A DNA stretch of 64,000 nt from Hyphomicrobiales bacterium (GCA_039964305.1 JBDVXS010000139.1:1501-65500), one strand, 5' to 3'. Positions 21,587 through 31,729 are shown, numbered from the stretch's first letter. A program made the numbers and translations. The notes: generated by a model not told the origin, from the sequence alone.

Positions 21587-21610
21587 TTAAATGAACGCTT
21601 GTTCATTTAA
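21587..21610. promoter_or_regulatory. Perfect 10+10 bp inverted repeat, candidate TetR operator of the liu operon
   Basis: ttaaatgaac-gctt-gttcatttaa, located 15-38 nt upstream of the TetR start codon. Confidence 0.5.
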
Positions 21611-21640
21611 TATATTCTAGGTCAGAGGGTCAAGGTCAAT

Positions 21641-23134
21641 TCAGCAAATATCTGTTTTACTGACGTTCGCAGATTTCACGATAAAGCTTTGTGCTTTGCG
21701 GCTATGACGAGGCCGAACATAAACGTCGATTGCGGGGCCAACAGCAACATGAGCCGCCTCGCCACCAGCACGACAAGAAGCAACGACAACAAGCACAGGT
21801 GCTGCATCTTTGCTCTCTAAAGGAACAGCCATTTCATAAAAATGGCGCGGCAAGCCTTTAGCAGGCCATGTGCGAATATTGTAACCACTATCGCGCAAAT
21901 AATAGGTGAGTTGCGCGACCTTGTTTCTACGGTCCACAACAATGGTTTTCGCCCCTGCCTCTTCAGCCACTTTAGCCACTTCTGCTGAAAACTCATGCCA
22001 GCCAAAAACGCGCTTATAAGCTGCGCCAAATTTGTTATGCACCAATGTATCGGCATGCAAATCTGCAATAGCAAAAGTGCCAATCGCAACAAAATGAACC
22101 AAGGCTGCAACCACTAAGATAGGCTTTGATCGCCATGAAACCGCCCATGACACGGTGAGCACGGTGAGCGCCACAAATGCGACAGCCGCCCAATTTGCAT
22201 GAGCGCGCGAAATTGTTGCTTGAAAGGTCATCAGAAAAATAACAGGCAGTGAAAAGCACAGCAAAAAGACAACAGGCGGTGGCAGTTTGCGTCCGCTTTT
22301 CCATAGCCCAATTAAGAGAACCACAAAAAGCACTGGCCCTAAAATCCCAATTTGCGCACCGAAAAACTCGGCAAGATTATCGAACTTAAAGTTTAGTCCC
22401 TGCCACTTGGCATTTTCACCTGTGTGTTGAAACGTGATCCAATCATTAGACGCGTTCCACCAAAGGTTTGGCGCTAAAATGAGGGCTGCAACGATAATGC
22501 TCAATAAGATGGCTGGTTTGAAAATAGTACGGCGACCTTCAACTGAAAACACCATCCACAAAACCGCACATAAAACGAAATATACCATCGCATATTTCGC
22601 CATGAACCCCGCGCCAACAGCAATGCCAAGTCCGATGGCATTTAAGACGCTTGGCCGCTCACGAAAGCGGTCTAAGAACAACAAGGAACAGGCAAAGAAA
22701 AAAAGCAAAGGCCCATCTGTGGAGATTAAGCGGGTTGCAAAACTAATACCAGGCAGGGTCGCCAGCAGCACAACCGTCCATAAAAACGCAGCAGGTGCCG
22801 CGCCGCCAAGACGGGGCGCGATACGGCTGGCCAAAAACCCACCAACAAGGGCCGTTAGTCCATAAAGGACGGGTGAGGCTAAACGGATGCAAGCTTCCCC
22901 CGTGCCACAAACTTCGGTGAAACCGCGAATAATCCATGCAAGCAACGGTGGCTTAGAAAAATAACCAAAATCAAGCGCCGTGCCCCAAAACCAATATTGC
23001 GCTTCATCAAAGAAAAGCTGCATCGGCGTTAAATTCAAAATCAACGCCCGAAACGCAGCAAGGACAATCAAAAAAACAACACTAACCCAGAAAACAGACC
23101 GAACAGAGTTTGATTGAAGAGGAGTGGAAATCAC
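21641..23134 (-). CDS. Glycosyltransferase family 39 (ArnT/PMT-like) membrane protein
   Basis: 497 aa with more than 10 TM helices. The N-terminal loop carries FFDEAQYW (a DE-type motif of GT-C enzymes), and there is a soluble C-terminal domain. GTG start. Confidence 0.75.
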   Translation of the reverse strand: MISTPLQSNSVRSVFWVSVVFLIVLAAFRALILNLTPMQLFFDEAQYWFWGTALDFGYFSKPPLLAWIIRGFTEVCGTGEACIRLASPVLYGLTALVGGFLASRIAPRLGGAAPAAFLWTVVLLATLPGISFATRLISTDGPLLFFFACSLLFLDRFRERPSVLNAIGLGIAVGAGFMAKYAMVYFVLCAVLWMVFSVEGRRTIFKPAILLSIIVAALILAPNLWWNASNDWITFQHTGENAKWQGLNFKFDNLAEFFGAQIGILGPVLFVVLLIGLWKSGRKLPPPVVFLLCFSLPVIFLMTFQATISRAHANWAAVAFVALTVLTVSWAVSWRSKPILVVAALVHFVAIGTFAIADLHADTLVHNKFGAAYKRVFGWHEFSAEVAKVAEEAGAKTIVVDRRNKVAQLTYYLRDSGYNIRTWPAKGLPRHFYEMAVPLESKDAAPVLVVVASCRAGGEAAHVAVGPAIDVYVRPRHSRKAQSFIVKSANVSKTDIC

Positions 23135-23235
23135 GAAACATAGCCTTTGCGCTCAAGCGTGATTTGGAAAGGCCAAAACACGCCTATTGACTATCCCGTA
23201 GCACAGCCAAAAACAATGACTTTATTGAATACGAT

Positions 23236-23478
23236 CTATCGGTCCCGACCATAACCCACAAGCCGCGCTTTTATTTGCTCAGCCTGAGGTGCGCCTTGTT
23301 CCAGCGCGAAAACGTAAGCATGAGTAAAATAGAAACAAGCACCCGCCTCATCGCCTAACTTCTCACTGGCAAGACCGGCTTGCTCATAAAGCGCAATCAG
23401 CGCTTCATTGTCATCGCGGCTATGGGCGTCAATTAAGGCACCATCTAACCAACTTTTTTGTAGGACTTCACCCATCAT
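23236..23478 (-). CDS. Hypothetical 80-aa protein, translationally coupled to the Rieske oxygenase
   Basis: Its ATG overlaps the oxygenase stop (ATGA). It is predicted helical and has no recognised motif. Confidence 0.5.
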   Translation of the reverse strand: MMGEVLQKSWLDGALIDAHSRDDNEALIALYEQAGLASEKLGDEAGACFYFTHAYVFALEQGAPQAEQIKARLVGYGRDR

Positions 23479-24659
23479 TCTTGCTCAGCTTTTTGCGTGC
23501 GCAAATCATTGACGTGGCTTGCGACCCAATGGTGGAATATGTGGGTTGGAGTATCCATCACTGGTGAGAACTTCCCGCCGTCAAACAACCCACCACGACG
23601 CCCTTTTTGCATGCCTTCTACGACGAAGATATCTTCTTCAAAGACCGACTTCCAAAATGCTGCATTCGTTTCAAGCAATGGCTGGAAGCTCTCGTCTAAT
23701 GGTTGGCTGTAATAAAGCTCAATATGTTCAACCGTCTCATCAATCGCTTTCGGCTCGAGCAGAATCGCATAGGCATGATCGCGGTGAACCCCGAATAAAA
23801 CATTGGGGAAGAATGCAATATATTCCGCGCTCGTATCCCATTTCTCAGAGAGATTTTTAAAGTCTGGAAATGTTTCAGATCCATTGAGTTTCAACTGTTG
23901 ATACACAAAACTTCCTTGCCCTGAATACGCCCCCGGCTCCTCAATATTATAATGATCTTCCAAACGAGAATAAGAATTCAACCCTGGATGGATCCACGGC
24001 AGGTGATAGCTCTCGCAATAATTTTCTACTGCCAATTTCCAATTGGTTTTCACATCCAGCTTGAAAGAACTCGTTTCCCCACCGTGATAGAGCGGTTGGT
24101 CGAACTCTTTCCAGCGCTGCATCACGTCACTGGCGTATTCTTCAAACTCTGGCGCATCGCCTGAGATATTCACAAACACAACATCGCGCCACACATAAGA
24201 GCGCACTTCCAAGAGGCCCAGATCATCACGCTTAATTTCATCATGCGCATTATTGCCCGGTCCGCCAACATGAGGCGTGGCCTTGAGTTCACCCGCCAGC
24301 GAATAGCACCAAGAATGATAAGGGCAACGGATAGCGCCCGTGATGTTTTTTGCTTCATCAACCAAAATCATGCCGCGATGACGGCAAACATTTTGGAAAA
24401 CACGCACTAACCCATCCTCATCACGCGTCAACAAAAGCGGTTGGCCAAGAAAATCAATCGGCTTCACATCGCCCGCATTTGGCACGTCTTTGCCAAAGCC
24501 AACGCCAGCCCAATTATTCAAGAGAACCGCTTTGCTTTCTTCAGCAAAAACCGCTTCATCAATATAATGTTCGTTTGGTAACCCACGCGCCGTTTCAACA
24601 GGACGCATAACCGCTTCAAGTGACGGAGATGGCGTGGTCGGTTTAGAATGTATCGTCAT
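23475..24659 (-). CDS. Rieske (2Fe-2S) non-heme-iron oxygenase alpha-subunit-like protein (CMO/GbcA/CntA-type)
   Basis: Rieske motif CRHRG...CPYHSW and catalytic-domain block NWKLAVENYCESYHLPWIH. I place the start at ATG 24659, which has GGAGG 8 nt upstream. The longest ORF extends to 24674. Confidence 0.85.
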   Translation of the reverse strand: MTIHSKPTTPSPSLEAVMRPVETARGLPNEHYIDEAVFAEESKAVLLNNWAGVGFGKDVPNAGDVKPIDFLGQPLLLTRDEDGLVRVFQNVCRHRGMILVDEAKNITGAIRCPYHSWCYSLAGELKATPHVGGPGNNAHDEIKRDDLGLLEVRSYVWRDVVFVNISGDAPEFEEYASDVMQRWKEFDQPLYHGGETSSFKLDVKTNWKLAVENYCESYHLPWIHPGLNSYSRLEDHYNIEEPGAYSGQGSFVYQQLKLNGSETFPDFKNLSEKWDTSAEYIAFFPNVLFGVHRDHAYAILLEPKAIDETVEHIELYYSQPLDESFQPLLETNAAFWKSVFEEDIFVVEGMQKGRRGGLFDGGKFSPVMDTPTHIFHHWVASHVNDLRTQKAEQE

Positions 24660-24808
24660 CGGGCAGGCCTCCATATTCCAGCATATAGCAGTAGGGTTTG
24701 GGCCAGCATGACGTGCTTTAACAAGCGCTGCTCGATTGTTTGCGACATGGTTGTGAACCCATGCGTCGGGTTTTTAGCCCTTGAAACTAAGGCAAACTAT
24801 ATCCAAAC

Positions 24809-24830
24809 TAGGCAAATATTAGGCAAATAT
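24809..24830. repeat. Perfect 11-bp tandem direct repeat (taggcaaatat x2), with a third degenerate copy at 24788-24800
   Basis: Read directly: ...ctaaggcaaactat atccaaac taggcaaatat taggcaaatat attgaaagga. It lies immediately upstream of the RBS and ATG at 24849. Confidence 0.9.
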
Positions 24831-24848
24831 ATTGAAAGGATATTCCGA

Positions 24849-25331
24849 ATGTTATTTCTAAACACACCGATACGCCGTATTTTGGCAGCACTTACGCTGA
24901 GTTTCAGCACACTGTTTTCAACATCAAACATGACGCACGCTAATAAAATGTTGCCGCTTGAAACCTACAAGCAAATGCTCAGCGCCAGCGCCAGCAATGG
25001 CTGGGTCGCATTCAGAAATTATAATGGCAAGCAATTCGTGTATTTGACGCATCTTCAAACATTGCGCTGCCGCATTAAAGAAGCGCGGGTATCCTTCAAC
25101 TCTACTGCTCTTGATAACCGCGTTGCACTGTTACCTTGCAATCCAGACAACCCTTTTGCCATTCCGTCGACACCCGATTCTCACAAGTTCCTCTATGTGA
25201 CCTTTGCACCGGGAACTGTTGCAACAACGACCATTCAGGTAACTTGGGAGGATGATACCCAAAGCGAGATCGTCCAATTTCGCCCTTGCAATTATGTTGG
25301 CGACCAGACCTGTGCGGTTAAAATTGATTAG
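24849..25331 (+). CDS. Small secreted hypothetical protein with 4 Cys
   Basis: ATG at 24849 is preceded by gaaagga. Signal-peptide-like N-terminus (MLFLNTPIRRILAALTLSFSTLFSTSNMTHA). No recognised domain. The upstream part of the longest ORF (24648-) overlaps the oxygenase start and is unlikely to be coding. Confidence 0.55.
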   Translation: MLFLNTPIRRILAALTLSFSTLFSTSNMTHANKMLPLETYKQMLSASASNGWVAFRNYNGKQFVYLTHLQTLRCRIKEARVSFNSTALDNRVALLPCNPDNPFAIPSTPDSHKFLYVTFAPGTVATTTIQVTWEDDTQSEIVQFRPCNYVGDQTCAVKID

Positions 25332-25442
25332 ATTGCGCTCATAGCAAAGTGGTTCGACAAAGAAGCAACCCTGCCCAGAAATGAGCTAGTAATCCAAATT
25401 GTTGTAGACACGCAGCTCATCCATCAATATCCCTGAACAGCG

Positions 25443-25470
25443 ATGCTCTGACTTTATGCGGTCGGAGCAT
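25443..25470 (+). terminator. Possible weak stem-loop terminator or 5-prime UTR hairpin
   Basis: atgctctgac / gtcggagcat form a 10-bp stem (one G-U pair) with an 8-nt loop, followed by ttctgtt. It sits just before the RBS of the HAD gene. Confidence 0.3.
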
Positions 25471-25487
25471 TTCTGTTGGAAGGAAAT

Positions 25488-26216
25488 ATGATGAAATTGA
25501 GTGACTTTAAAGTTCTTGCCTTTGATGTTTACGGCACGCTGATCGACTGGGAAAGCGGCATGGTAACAGGCCTAAAGCCGCTTACAGATAAGGTGAGCCA
25601 AAGCCTCTCACGTGATGATATTTTAGAAGCCCATGCCTATCACGAATCCACAACGCAACGCTGGACACCTTCCAAGAAATATTACGATTTGCTGGCCGTT
25701 GTTTATCGCAGGCTCGCAGAAGAATGGGGCGTCGAAGTAACATGGGAAGAGTGCCAAGCTTACGGCCTATCCGTGCGCCAATGGCCAGCCTTTGAAGATA
25801 GCCGCGATGCCCTCGCTTATCTCAAGCAACATTACAAGCTGGTGGTTCTTACCAACACGGATAATTTGAGCTTCTCAGGGTCGAACGCTCGCCTTGGCGT
25901 GCATTTTGATGGGGCCTACACCGCGGAAGATGTTGGAAGCTACAAACCGTCTGACCGTAATTTTGATTATATGCTGGAAACGCTGGCGCGTCAGGGTCTC
26001 AACAAAGATGACATTCTTCATACCGCTGAAAGCATGTTTCACGACCACGGCCCTGCCAATAAGCACGGCCTAGCGAATTGCTGGATTTATCGCCGCTATG
26101 AAAAAGAAGGGTTCGGCGCAACGATGAACCCGGGTGATATGCCCACCTACAATTTCTGCTTTAACAGCATGGCAGAATTGGCAGAAGCACATAAAGCGGA
26201 ACTGGCCAGCAAATAA
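25488..26216 (+). CDS. Haloacid dehalogenase type II / HAD-superfamily hydrolase
   Basis: HAD motif I FDVYGTLID, plus LTNTD and SYKPD blocks. ATG at 25488 has ggaagga upstream. Confidence 0.8.
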   Translation: MMKLSDFKVLAFDVYGTLIDWESGMVTGLKPLTDKVSQSLSRDDILEAHAYHESTTQRWTPSKKYYDLLAVVYRRLAEEWGVEVTWEECQAYGLSVRQWPAFEDSRDALAYLKQHYKLVVLTNTDNLSFSGSNARLGVHFDGAYTAEDVGSYKPSDRNFDYMLETLARQGLNKDDILHTAESMFHDHGPANKHGLANCWIYRRYEKEGFGATMNPGDMPTYNFCFNSMAELAEAHKAELASK

Positions 26217-26258
26217 CCACGCGACAAAATGACAGATCACGTTTGCTGCGGCTCACGT

Positions 26259-26921
26259 TTAGTGAGAGCGCATCTTTCGCAAATGGGTAGACGACAACGA
26301 TGAGCGCGGCGCGTGGATGAATGTCCATGCGGGGGCACGCAGGTTTTTAAGCAGTGGCGCGCCCCGTTCATCAAGGCGGGCATATTGTAGTTTATGGGCA
26401 AATTTTGATGCGCGCGATGCCAATGTATCGCCGGGTCGATCAATCACGGCGATTGGCACATTGTCTGCAATTTCTTCCCAACGTTCCCAAAGATGAAAAT
26501 TGGTGAGATTGTCCGCACCAATCAGCAAGACAAAACGCACGGTTGGAAAACGGGTCACAAGCTCGCGCACAAGATCTGCGGTATAAATCACCGAGAGGCT
26601 TGCCTCTAAACCTGACACCTCAACACGCGGATGTTTGACTAAGGCACGAGAGGCCACAATGCGTTCTGACAAGGGTGGCAGGGCGTCATTATTCTTGAGG
26701 GGATTACCGGGGGAAACCATCCACCAAACACGGTCAAGCTGCAGACGTTTCAGCGCCGTCTCAACAACATGGACATGCCCATCATGCGGTGGGTTGAACG
26801 AGCCGCCAAACAAACCCACGGACATGCCGCTTTCAATAGGCGGGATTTTCAAATCATCTGGGTGAAACGGACGAACCATATAATTGCGCGCAAGCTTACG
26901 TGCGCGTTTGTCCTTTGCCAC
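26259..26921 (-). CDS. nadD: Nicotinate-nucleotide adenylyltransferase
   Basis: [14 protein letters not shown] (the HxGH nucleotidyltransferase motif). It lies immediately downstream of proA. An alternative start at 26879 (MVRPF) removes the overlap with proA. Confidence 0.85.
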   Translation of the reverse strand: MAKDKRARKLARNYMVRPFHPDDLKIPPIESGMSVGLFGGSFNPPHDGHVHVVETALKRLQLDRVWWMVSPGNPLKNNDALPPLSERIVASRALVKHPRVEVSGLEASLSVIYTADLVRELVTRFPTVRFVLLIGADNLTNFHLWERWEEIADNVPIAVIDRPGDTLASRASKFAHKLQYARLDERGAPLLKNLRAPAWTFIHAPRSSLSSTHLRKMRSH

Positions 26922-28194
26922 GCACGCGGTAATTAAAGCTGGTCAATTGCTCAACACCAACTGGACCACGCGCGTGCATTTTGCCGGTCGCAATACCGAT
27001 TTCAGCCCCCATACCAAACTCACCACCATCTGCAAATTGAGTGGAGGCATTGTGAAGTAATATTGCTGAATCAACTTCATTGAAAAACCGCTCTGCAACC
27101 TCAGCGTCTTCACAAATGACAGCTTCTGTATGGCTCGATGAATAATCAGCAATATGATCAAGTGCCTCATCAATTCCATCAACGATGCGAACAGACAAAA
27201 TGGCATCCAAATATTCTGTGCACCAATCTTCTTCTGTGGCTGGGATCATGCCTTCAATCAAGGCGCGCGCTGCTTCATCGCCACGCAATTCGCATCCGCG
27301 TTCGCGAAGGCTTGCCGCAATTAATGGAAGGTGAGTATCAGCAACAGCGCGGTCAACAAGCAATGTTTCAACAGACCCACAAATGCCCGTGCGCCGCATT
27401 TTAGCATTGGCAACAATCTCAACGCTCATCTCTAGTTCAGCGCTCTCGTCCACGTAGATGTGACACAGCCCCTCAAGGTGCGCAAAGACAGGAACCCGCG
27501 CTTCACTTTGAACCCGCGCGACCAAGCTCTTACCACCGCGCGGTACAATCACATCAACACAGCCCTCTAAGCCACTCAGCATCGCGCCAACAGCAGCGCG
27601 GTCTGTGGTTGGGATATTCTGTATCGTATGTTCTGGAAGGTCGGCAGCTTTCAAGCCTTCCACCAAACAAGCATGGATAGCGCGGGCAGAATGATAGCTA
27701 TCTGAACCACCACGCAAGATAACCGCATTGCCAGCTTTCAAACACAAAGCACCCGCATCTGCCGTTACATTAGGGCGGCTTTCGAAGATGACGCCGATGA
27801 CACCAAGCGGCGTTCTAACGCGGCTGATTGCCAACCCGTTCGGGCGGTCCCATTCTGAAATTGCTTCACCGACTGGGTCTTTTAACGCACGAATGTCATC
27901 AAGCCCTTTGGCAATAGCAGCGACGCGGTCAGGCGTGAGTTTCAAGCGGTCAAGCATGGCCGCACTCAGGCCTTTTGCCTCACCCGCCTGCATATCAAGC
28001 GCGTTCGCCGCAAGGATGTCATCTGTTGCCTTTAAAAGTTCGCTACTTGCCACTTCCAGCGCTTTATCTTTTTGTGCACTGGGAGCCCTTGCAACAACAC
28101 GCGCTGAAGCCTTGGCTTGTTTGCCAATGGTCGCCATCAATGTGGCAATGTCAGTGTCATCGTTGGAGGCTAAGTCCAGAGCTTGGCTGGTCAT
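26896..28194 (-). CDS. proA: Glutamate-5-semialdehyde dehydrogenase (gamma-glutamyl phosphate reductase)
   Basis: 432 aa with ProA blocks ([16 protein letters not shown], catalytic Cys region [18 protein letters not shown]). Confidence 0.95.
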   Translation of the reverse strand: MTSQALDLASNDDTDIATLMATIGKQAKASARVVARAPSAQKDKALEVASSELLKATDDILAANALDMQAGEAKGLSAAMLDRLKLTPDRVAAIAKGLDDIRALKDPVGEAISEWDRPNGLAISRVRTPLGVIGVIFESRPNVTADAGALCLKAGNAVILRGGSDSYHSARAIHACLVEGLKAADLPEHTIQNIPTTDRAAVGAMLSGLEGCVDVIVPRGGKSLVARVQSEARVPVFAHLEGLCHIYVDESAELEMSVEIVANAKMRRTGICGSVETLLVDRAVADTHLPLIAASLRERGCELRGDEAARALIEGMIPATEEDWCTEYLDAILSVRIVDGIDEALDHIADYSSSHTEAVICEDAEVAERFFNEVDSAILLHNASTQFADGGEFGMGAEIGIATGKMHARGPVGVEQLTSFNYRVRGKGQTRT

Positions 28195-28280
28195 TGTCTT
28201 CGTTCCTAAAAAAGCTGTTGAAGCTTAAATAACGGAACCCTGCCTGCTTGTCACGCCGCCGCCAATCAAAAGGGGCAATA

Positions 28281-29450
28281 TCATCGACCAAGAAGCGAGC
28301 GCACCATGTGCAGATACATCGCTGTTGCGTCTGTCATCTCGGCAATCGACACATATTCATTGAGCGAATGGCACTGAGCCAAAGAGCCTGCCCCGCAAAT
28401 CACGGTAGGGCATTTGAAATTGGGCCCATCGGTAGAGCCAGAAAACGAGCGTATTTCAGCAGGCTTGCCAAGCACTGCCTCATAGGCCGCCTGCGCTGCA
28501 ACCATAACAGGCGACGACATCTCGGTGCCAAGCGGTTCCACATCCAAGGATGGGGCCAAAAACTCATAGCGGAAATTAGGAATGGTTTTGGCAACACCTT
28601 CCACGACAGCCACAAGTTCTTTCATCACCTCATCATGGGATTCACCTGGTATCGTGCGGCGGTCAATCTCAATCTCGCACCAATTCGGCACAGAACTCAC
28701 CATCTCACCACCACTAATAACGCCAACACTCAAAGTCGGCGTTCCGCACAAGGGGTGCGCGTCGCGTGTTAGCAATTCTGCTGCATATTTTTGGAGGGCA
28801 ACCAACACTGCCGTCATATGGAAAATCGCGTTGATGCCCTTTTCCGGCACGCTAGAATGAACTGAGACACCATGGGTTCGAAGGAACGTACAAATCTGGC
28901 CTTTATGAACAGGGCACAACGCCAAATTGCTTGGCTCGCCAACAATGGCATAATCGACCTTTGGTCCATTCTCACCAAAATGACGCGAGCCTGTCATGCC
29001 GTATTCTTCATCGACCACCCCTGCAATAATCAGGTCGCCTGATAGCGTTTCGCCGCTTGCTTGAATATGACGTAGCACTTCAAAATAGGTCGCAAAACTT
29101 GCCTTCATATCGCAAGCACCGCGACCATAAATAAGACCGTCTTCAACCTTCGGCTCAAACGGCCCATCATAGCCATCAACACCTACCGTATCGAGATGCC
29201 CCGCCAGCATAACAGTTGGGCCAGACCCATTGCCTTTAAGCGTGCCCCAGACATTGCGCCTACCATTGCTCACCATTTGGGTCTCAACCTCAAGACCAAG
29301 TTTTGCAAGCTCACCTTCAAGGTGAACGGCCATCGCTTCTTCGTCAGGGTTGGCAGGGTCAATTTCGGCAAATCCGTTGACGCTTGGAATGCGCACCATG
29401 GCGGCAAGGTCACTGACCAGCGCTTCTTGGTCTATTTCTTTGGTCATCAA
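28281..29450 (-). CDS. M20-family metallopeptidase (ArgE/DapE-like deacylase)
   Basis: M20 blocks: LAGHLDTV, GRGACDMK, and DEE in VVDEEYG. Confidence 0.8.
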   Translation of the reverse strand: MMTKEIDQEALVSDLAAMVRIPSVNGFAEIDPANPDEEAMAVHLEGELAKLGLEVETQMVSNGRRNVWGTLKGNGSGPTVMLAGHLDTVGVDGYDGPFEPKVEDGLIYGRGACDMKASFATYFEVLRHIQASGETLSGDLIIAGVVDEEYGMTGSRHFGENGPKVDYAIVGEPSNLALCPVHKGQICTFLRTHGVSVHSSVPEKGINAIFHMTAVLVALQKYAAELLTRDAHPLCGTPTLSVGVISGGEMVSSVPNWCEIEIDRRTIPGESHDEVMKELVAVVEGVAKTIPNFRYEFLAPSLDVEPLGTEMSSPVMVAAQAAYEAVLGKPAEIRSFSGSTDGPNFKCPTVICGAGSLAQCHSLNEYVSIAEMTDATAMYLHMVRSLLGR

Positions 29451-29495
29451 ATTCGCCTCTTATTAAACCGCTTTTACAAAACCCAGCGTACTCTA

Positions 29496-30365
29496 TTACA
29501 TGCCTGCGTCACCAGCTTCTTGCTGGGCAAAAAACGATGTGTCTTTAGGGACTTCTGGCAATGGCATTTCATAGGAAGAACAACGAACACGGCCAGATAT
29601 TTCCCCACGAACTAACTCATGGGTCAGCGTACTTGGCAAAGCATTTGGACTAAGCTCCATCGCATCTTCTGCATAATAGGTGGTAATATAAAGCGTGCGC
29701 GGCGCATCAGACAAATTTGGTGCGGAGCCATGCAGCAAGCTTGAATGCATCAAACAAACACTGCCCGCTTTACCGGTACATTTGATAATATCATCTTCGT
29801 ACTCCGCCAGCACCTCATCCGATACAGCACCAGTGAAAACCCCATTATGCCACAATGTATAAAGCGGACCTTTATGGGACACGGGCACCACTTCCAGCGG
29901 GCCATTTTCTAGCGTCACATCATCAACAAACAAAAGCGCTGTCACCATGTCATCATTGGTCATTGGCTGAAAGGGAAAGTCTTGGTGGAATTTCACCTTG
30001 GTTGCTGTCCCTGGCAATTTGGAATTGACCTTGCCATGATGAAACTTAATCGCGGGACCGATTAGCTCTGCGACCACATCCACGGTTCGGGCATTGCGCA
30101 TAACGTTGGCATAAACCTCAGACACTTCCTCAGGCGATTGCACCCGCCGCAGGCCCGGTGTTTCTGCATTATGCCCCGGCTGCAAATCAAAGCGTGGGCG
30201 CCCATCGAGGGTCTGGCCGTAATCTTCTGTGTGATGTCGGCTTTCGTCCACCCACTGGGCAAAAACTGTGCGCAGGTTGTTAAGTTCTTCAGCCGTTACA
30301 GCATCCTCAACAATTAAAACCCCATCACGCCAAAACTGGTCCTTTTGTGACTGCGTCAGTTCCAT
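29496..30365 (-). CDS. Phytanoyl-CoA dioxygenase (PhyH) family Fe(II)/2-oxoglutarate oxygenase
   Basis: HxD facial-triad region (FHQDFPF) and distal H (LMHSSLLHGS). ATG at 30365 has GGGAGA upstream. The longest ORF starts at TTG 30386. Confidence 0.8.
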   Translation of the reverse strand: MELTQSQKDQFWRDGVLIVEDAVTAEELNNLRTVFAQWVDESRHHTEDYGQTLDGRPRFDLQPGHNAETPGLRRVQSPEEVSEVYANVMRNARTVDVVAELIGPAIKFHHGKVNSKLPGTATKVKFHQDFPFQPMTNDDMVTALLFVDDVTLENGPLEVVPVSHKGPLYTLWHNGVFTGAVSDEVLAEYEDDIIKCTGKAGSVCLMHSSLLHGSAPNLSDAPRTLYITTYYAEDAMELSPNALPSTLTHELVRGEISGRVRCSSYEMPLPEVPKDTSFFAQQEAGDAGM

Positions 30366-30473
30366 AGCATTCTCCCAAACGCGCAATAAGCTTGTTTGAA
30401 CGATAGGAGGAATAGCCCAAGATGGTCATCGCCATTACGACCTTTTGGCTATAAAAAGCGGCGGCAGCTCAGA

Positions 30474-30695
30474 TCAAAAATCGCTAACAATGCCGTTCTT
30501 TTCCCAGTCACCATAGCGCGTTGCCTCAGGCCCATCGCGGCCATTAACTTCCTTGGGACGGTCAGTATTTTCTTCTTTTGCTGAGGCTTGTCGACGTGCT
30601 TCAGCCTCTGCCAAAGCCCGCTTTGCAGGTTCGCTCAGCTCTTTATTGGGAGTATTATCTGGTTTAGCTTCATTGTTCATCGTGTCGGTTTCCAT
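30474..30695 (-). CDS. DUF1674 (SDHAF4-like) small protein
   Basis: The C-terminal motif GPEATRYGDWEKNGIVSDF is characteristic of DUF1674. Confidence 0.7.
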   Translation of the reverse strand: METDTMNNEAKPDNTPNKELSEPAKRALAEAEARRQASAKEENTDRPKEVNGRDGPEATRYGDWEKNGIVSDF

Positions 30696-30766
30696 TGCAG
30701 GAACGATATTTTAAACCCATATATAGGGAAAGCTGAGCCGATAGGAAATAACAGGGACCAATTAAC

Positions 30767-31729
30767 GTGAATTATTTCAAAACAACCATTTTGTTAGCTG
30801 CCATGACAGGCCTGTTTGTTGGCATCGGCTTCATGCTGGGGGGAACCGGTGGCATGGTGATTGCCTTCGTGATTGCTTTTGGAATGAATGTGTTCAGCTA
30901 TTGGAACTCAGACAAAATGGTTTTGAAAATGCACAACGCAGAAGAAGTGCATGAAGAAAACGCGCCTGAATTCTTTAATCTGGTGGCAGACCTTGCCGAA
31001 GCAGCCGACATGCCCACTCCAGCAGTTTACATTATCCACGAAGCCCAACCCAACGCCTTCGCCACAGGCCGCAACCCCGAGAACGCGGCGGTTGCTGCAA
31101 CAACTGGCTTGCTTGAAATGCTGGACACAGATGAAGTCGCAGGCGTTATGGCGCATGAACTTGCCCACATCCAAAACCGCGACACGCTGATTATGACCGT
31201 GACGGCAACAATTGCTGGTGCCATCTCGATGTTGGCAAATTTTGCCATGTTCTTCGGCAACAACCGAAACAACCCGCTTGGTATGATTGGTGTTTTGCTC
31301 ACCATGTTCTTGGCCCCTGTTGCAGCAGCCCTCGTACAAATGGCCATCAGCCGCACACGGGAATATTCAGCCGATAAGCGCGGTGCAGAAATTTGTGCGA
31401 ACCCACGCGGTCTTGCTTCTGCTTTGGTCAAAATCTCAAACGGAACCGCACAAATCCCAAATGAACGGGCCGAAGCAAATCCTGCAACGGCACATATGTT
31501 CATCATCAACCCACTCTCAGGCCGCAATATGGACGGCTTGTTTTCCACCCACCCAGACACGCAAAACCGTATCGATGCTTTGATGAAGTTTGACGCCGAG
31601 TTTGATGGTATCGAAGACGGTTATGCAGACCACGATGATTATGAGAGCGACGATTATGATGACAAGCCCAGCTCTCAAAGCCGCAGCAGTGTTCCCAATG
31701 TCGGGAAAAACAAGGGGCCATGGGGCTAG
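30767..31729 (+). CDS. htpX: Zinc metalloprotease HtpX
   Basis: HELAH zinc motif, 4 TM segments and an acidic C-terminal tail. GTG start. Confidence 0.9.
   Translation: MNYFKTTILLAAMTGLFVGIGFMLGGTGGMVIAFVIAFGMNVFSYWNSDKMVLKMHNAEEVHEENAPEFFNLVADLAEAADMPTPAVYIIHEAQPNAFATGRNPENAAVAATTGLLEMLDTDEVAGVMAHELAHIQNRDTLIMTVTATIAGAISMLANFAMFFGNNRNNPLGMIGVLLTMFLAPVAAALVQMAISRTREYSADKRGAEICANPRGLASALVKISNGTAQIPNERAEANPATAHMFIINPLSGRNMDGLFSTHPDTQNRIDALMKFDAEFDGIEDGYADHDDYESDDYDDKPSSQSRSSVPNVGKNKGPWG

Noticed and set aside
24648-24848. N-terminal 67-codon extension of the secreted-protein ORF
   Set aside because: It overlaps the divergent Rieske gene start and the repeat array, and it lacks an RBS. The internal ATG at 24849 has an RBS and starts a signal peptide.
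31027-31560. 177-aa minus-strand ORF (also 30908-31339)
   Set aside because: It is antisense to htpX, which has the HELAH motif and TM helices. It is a shadow ORF.
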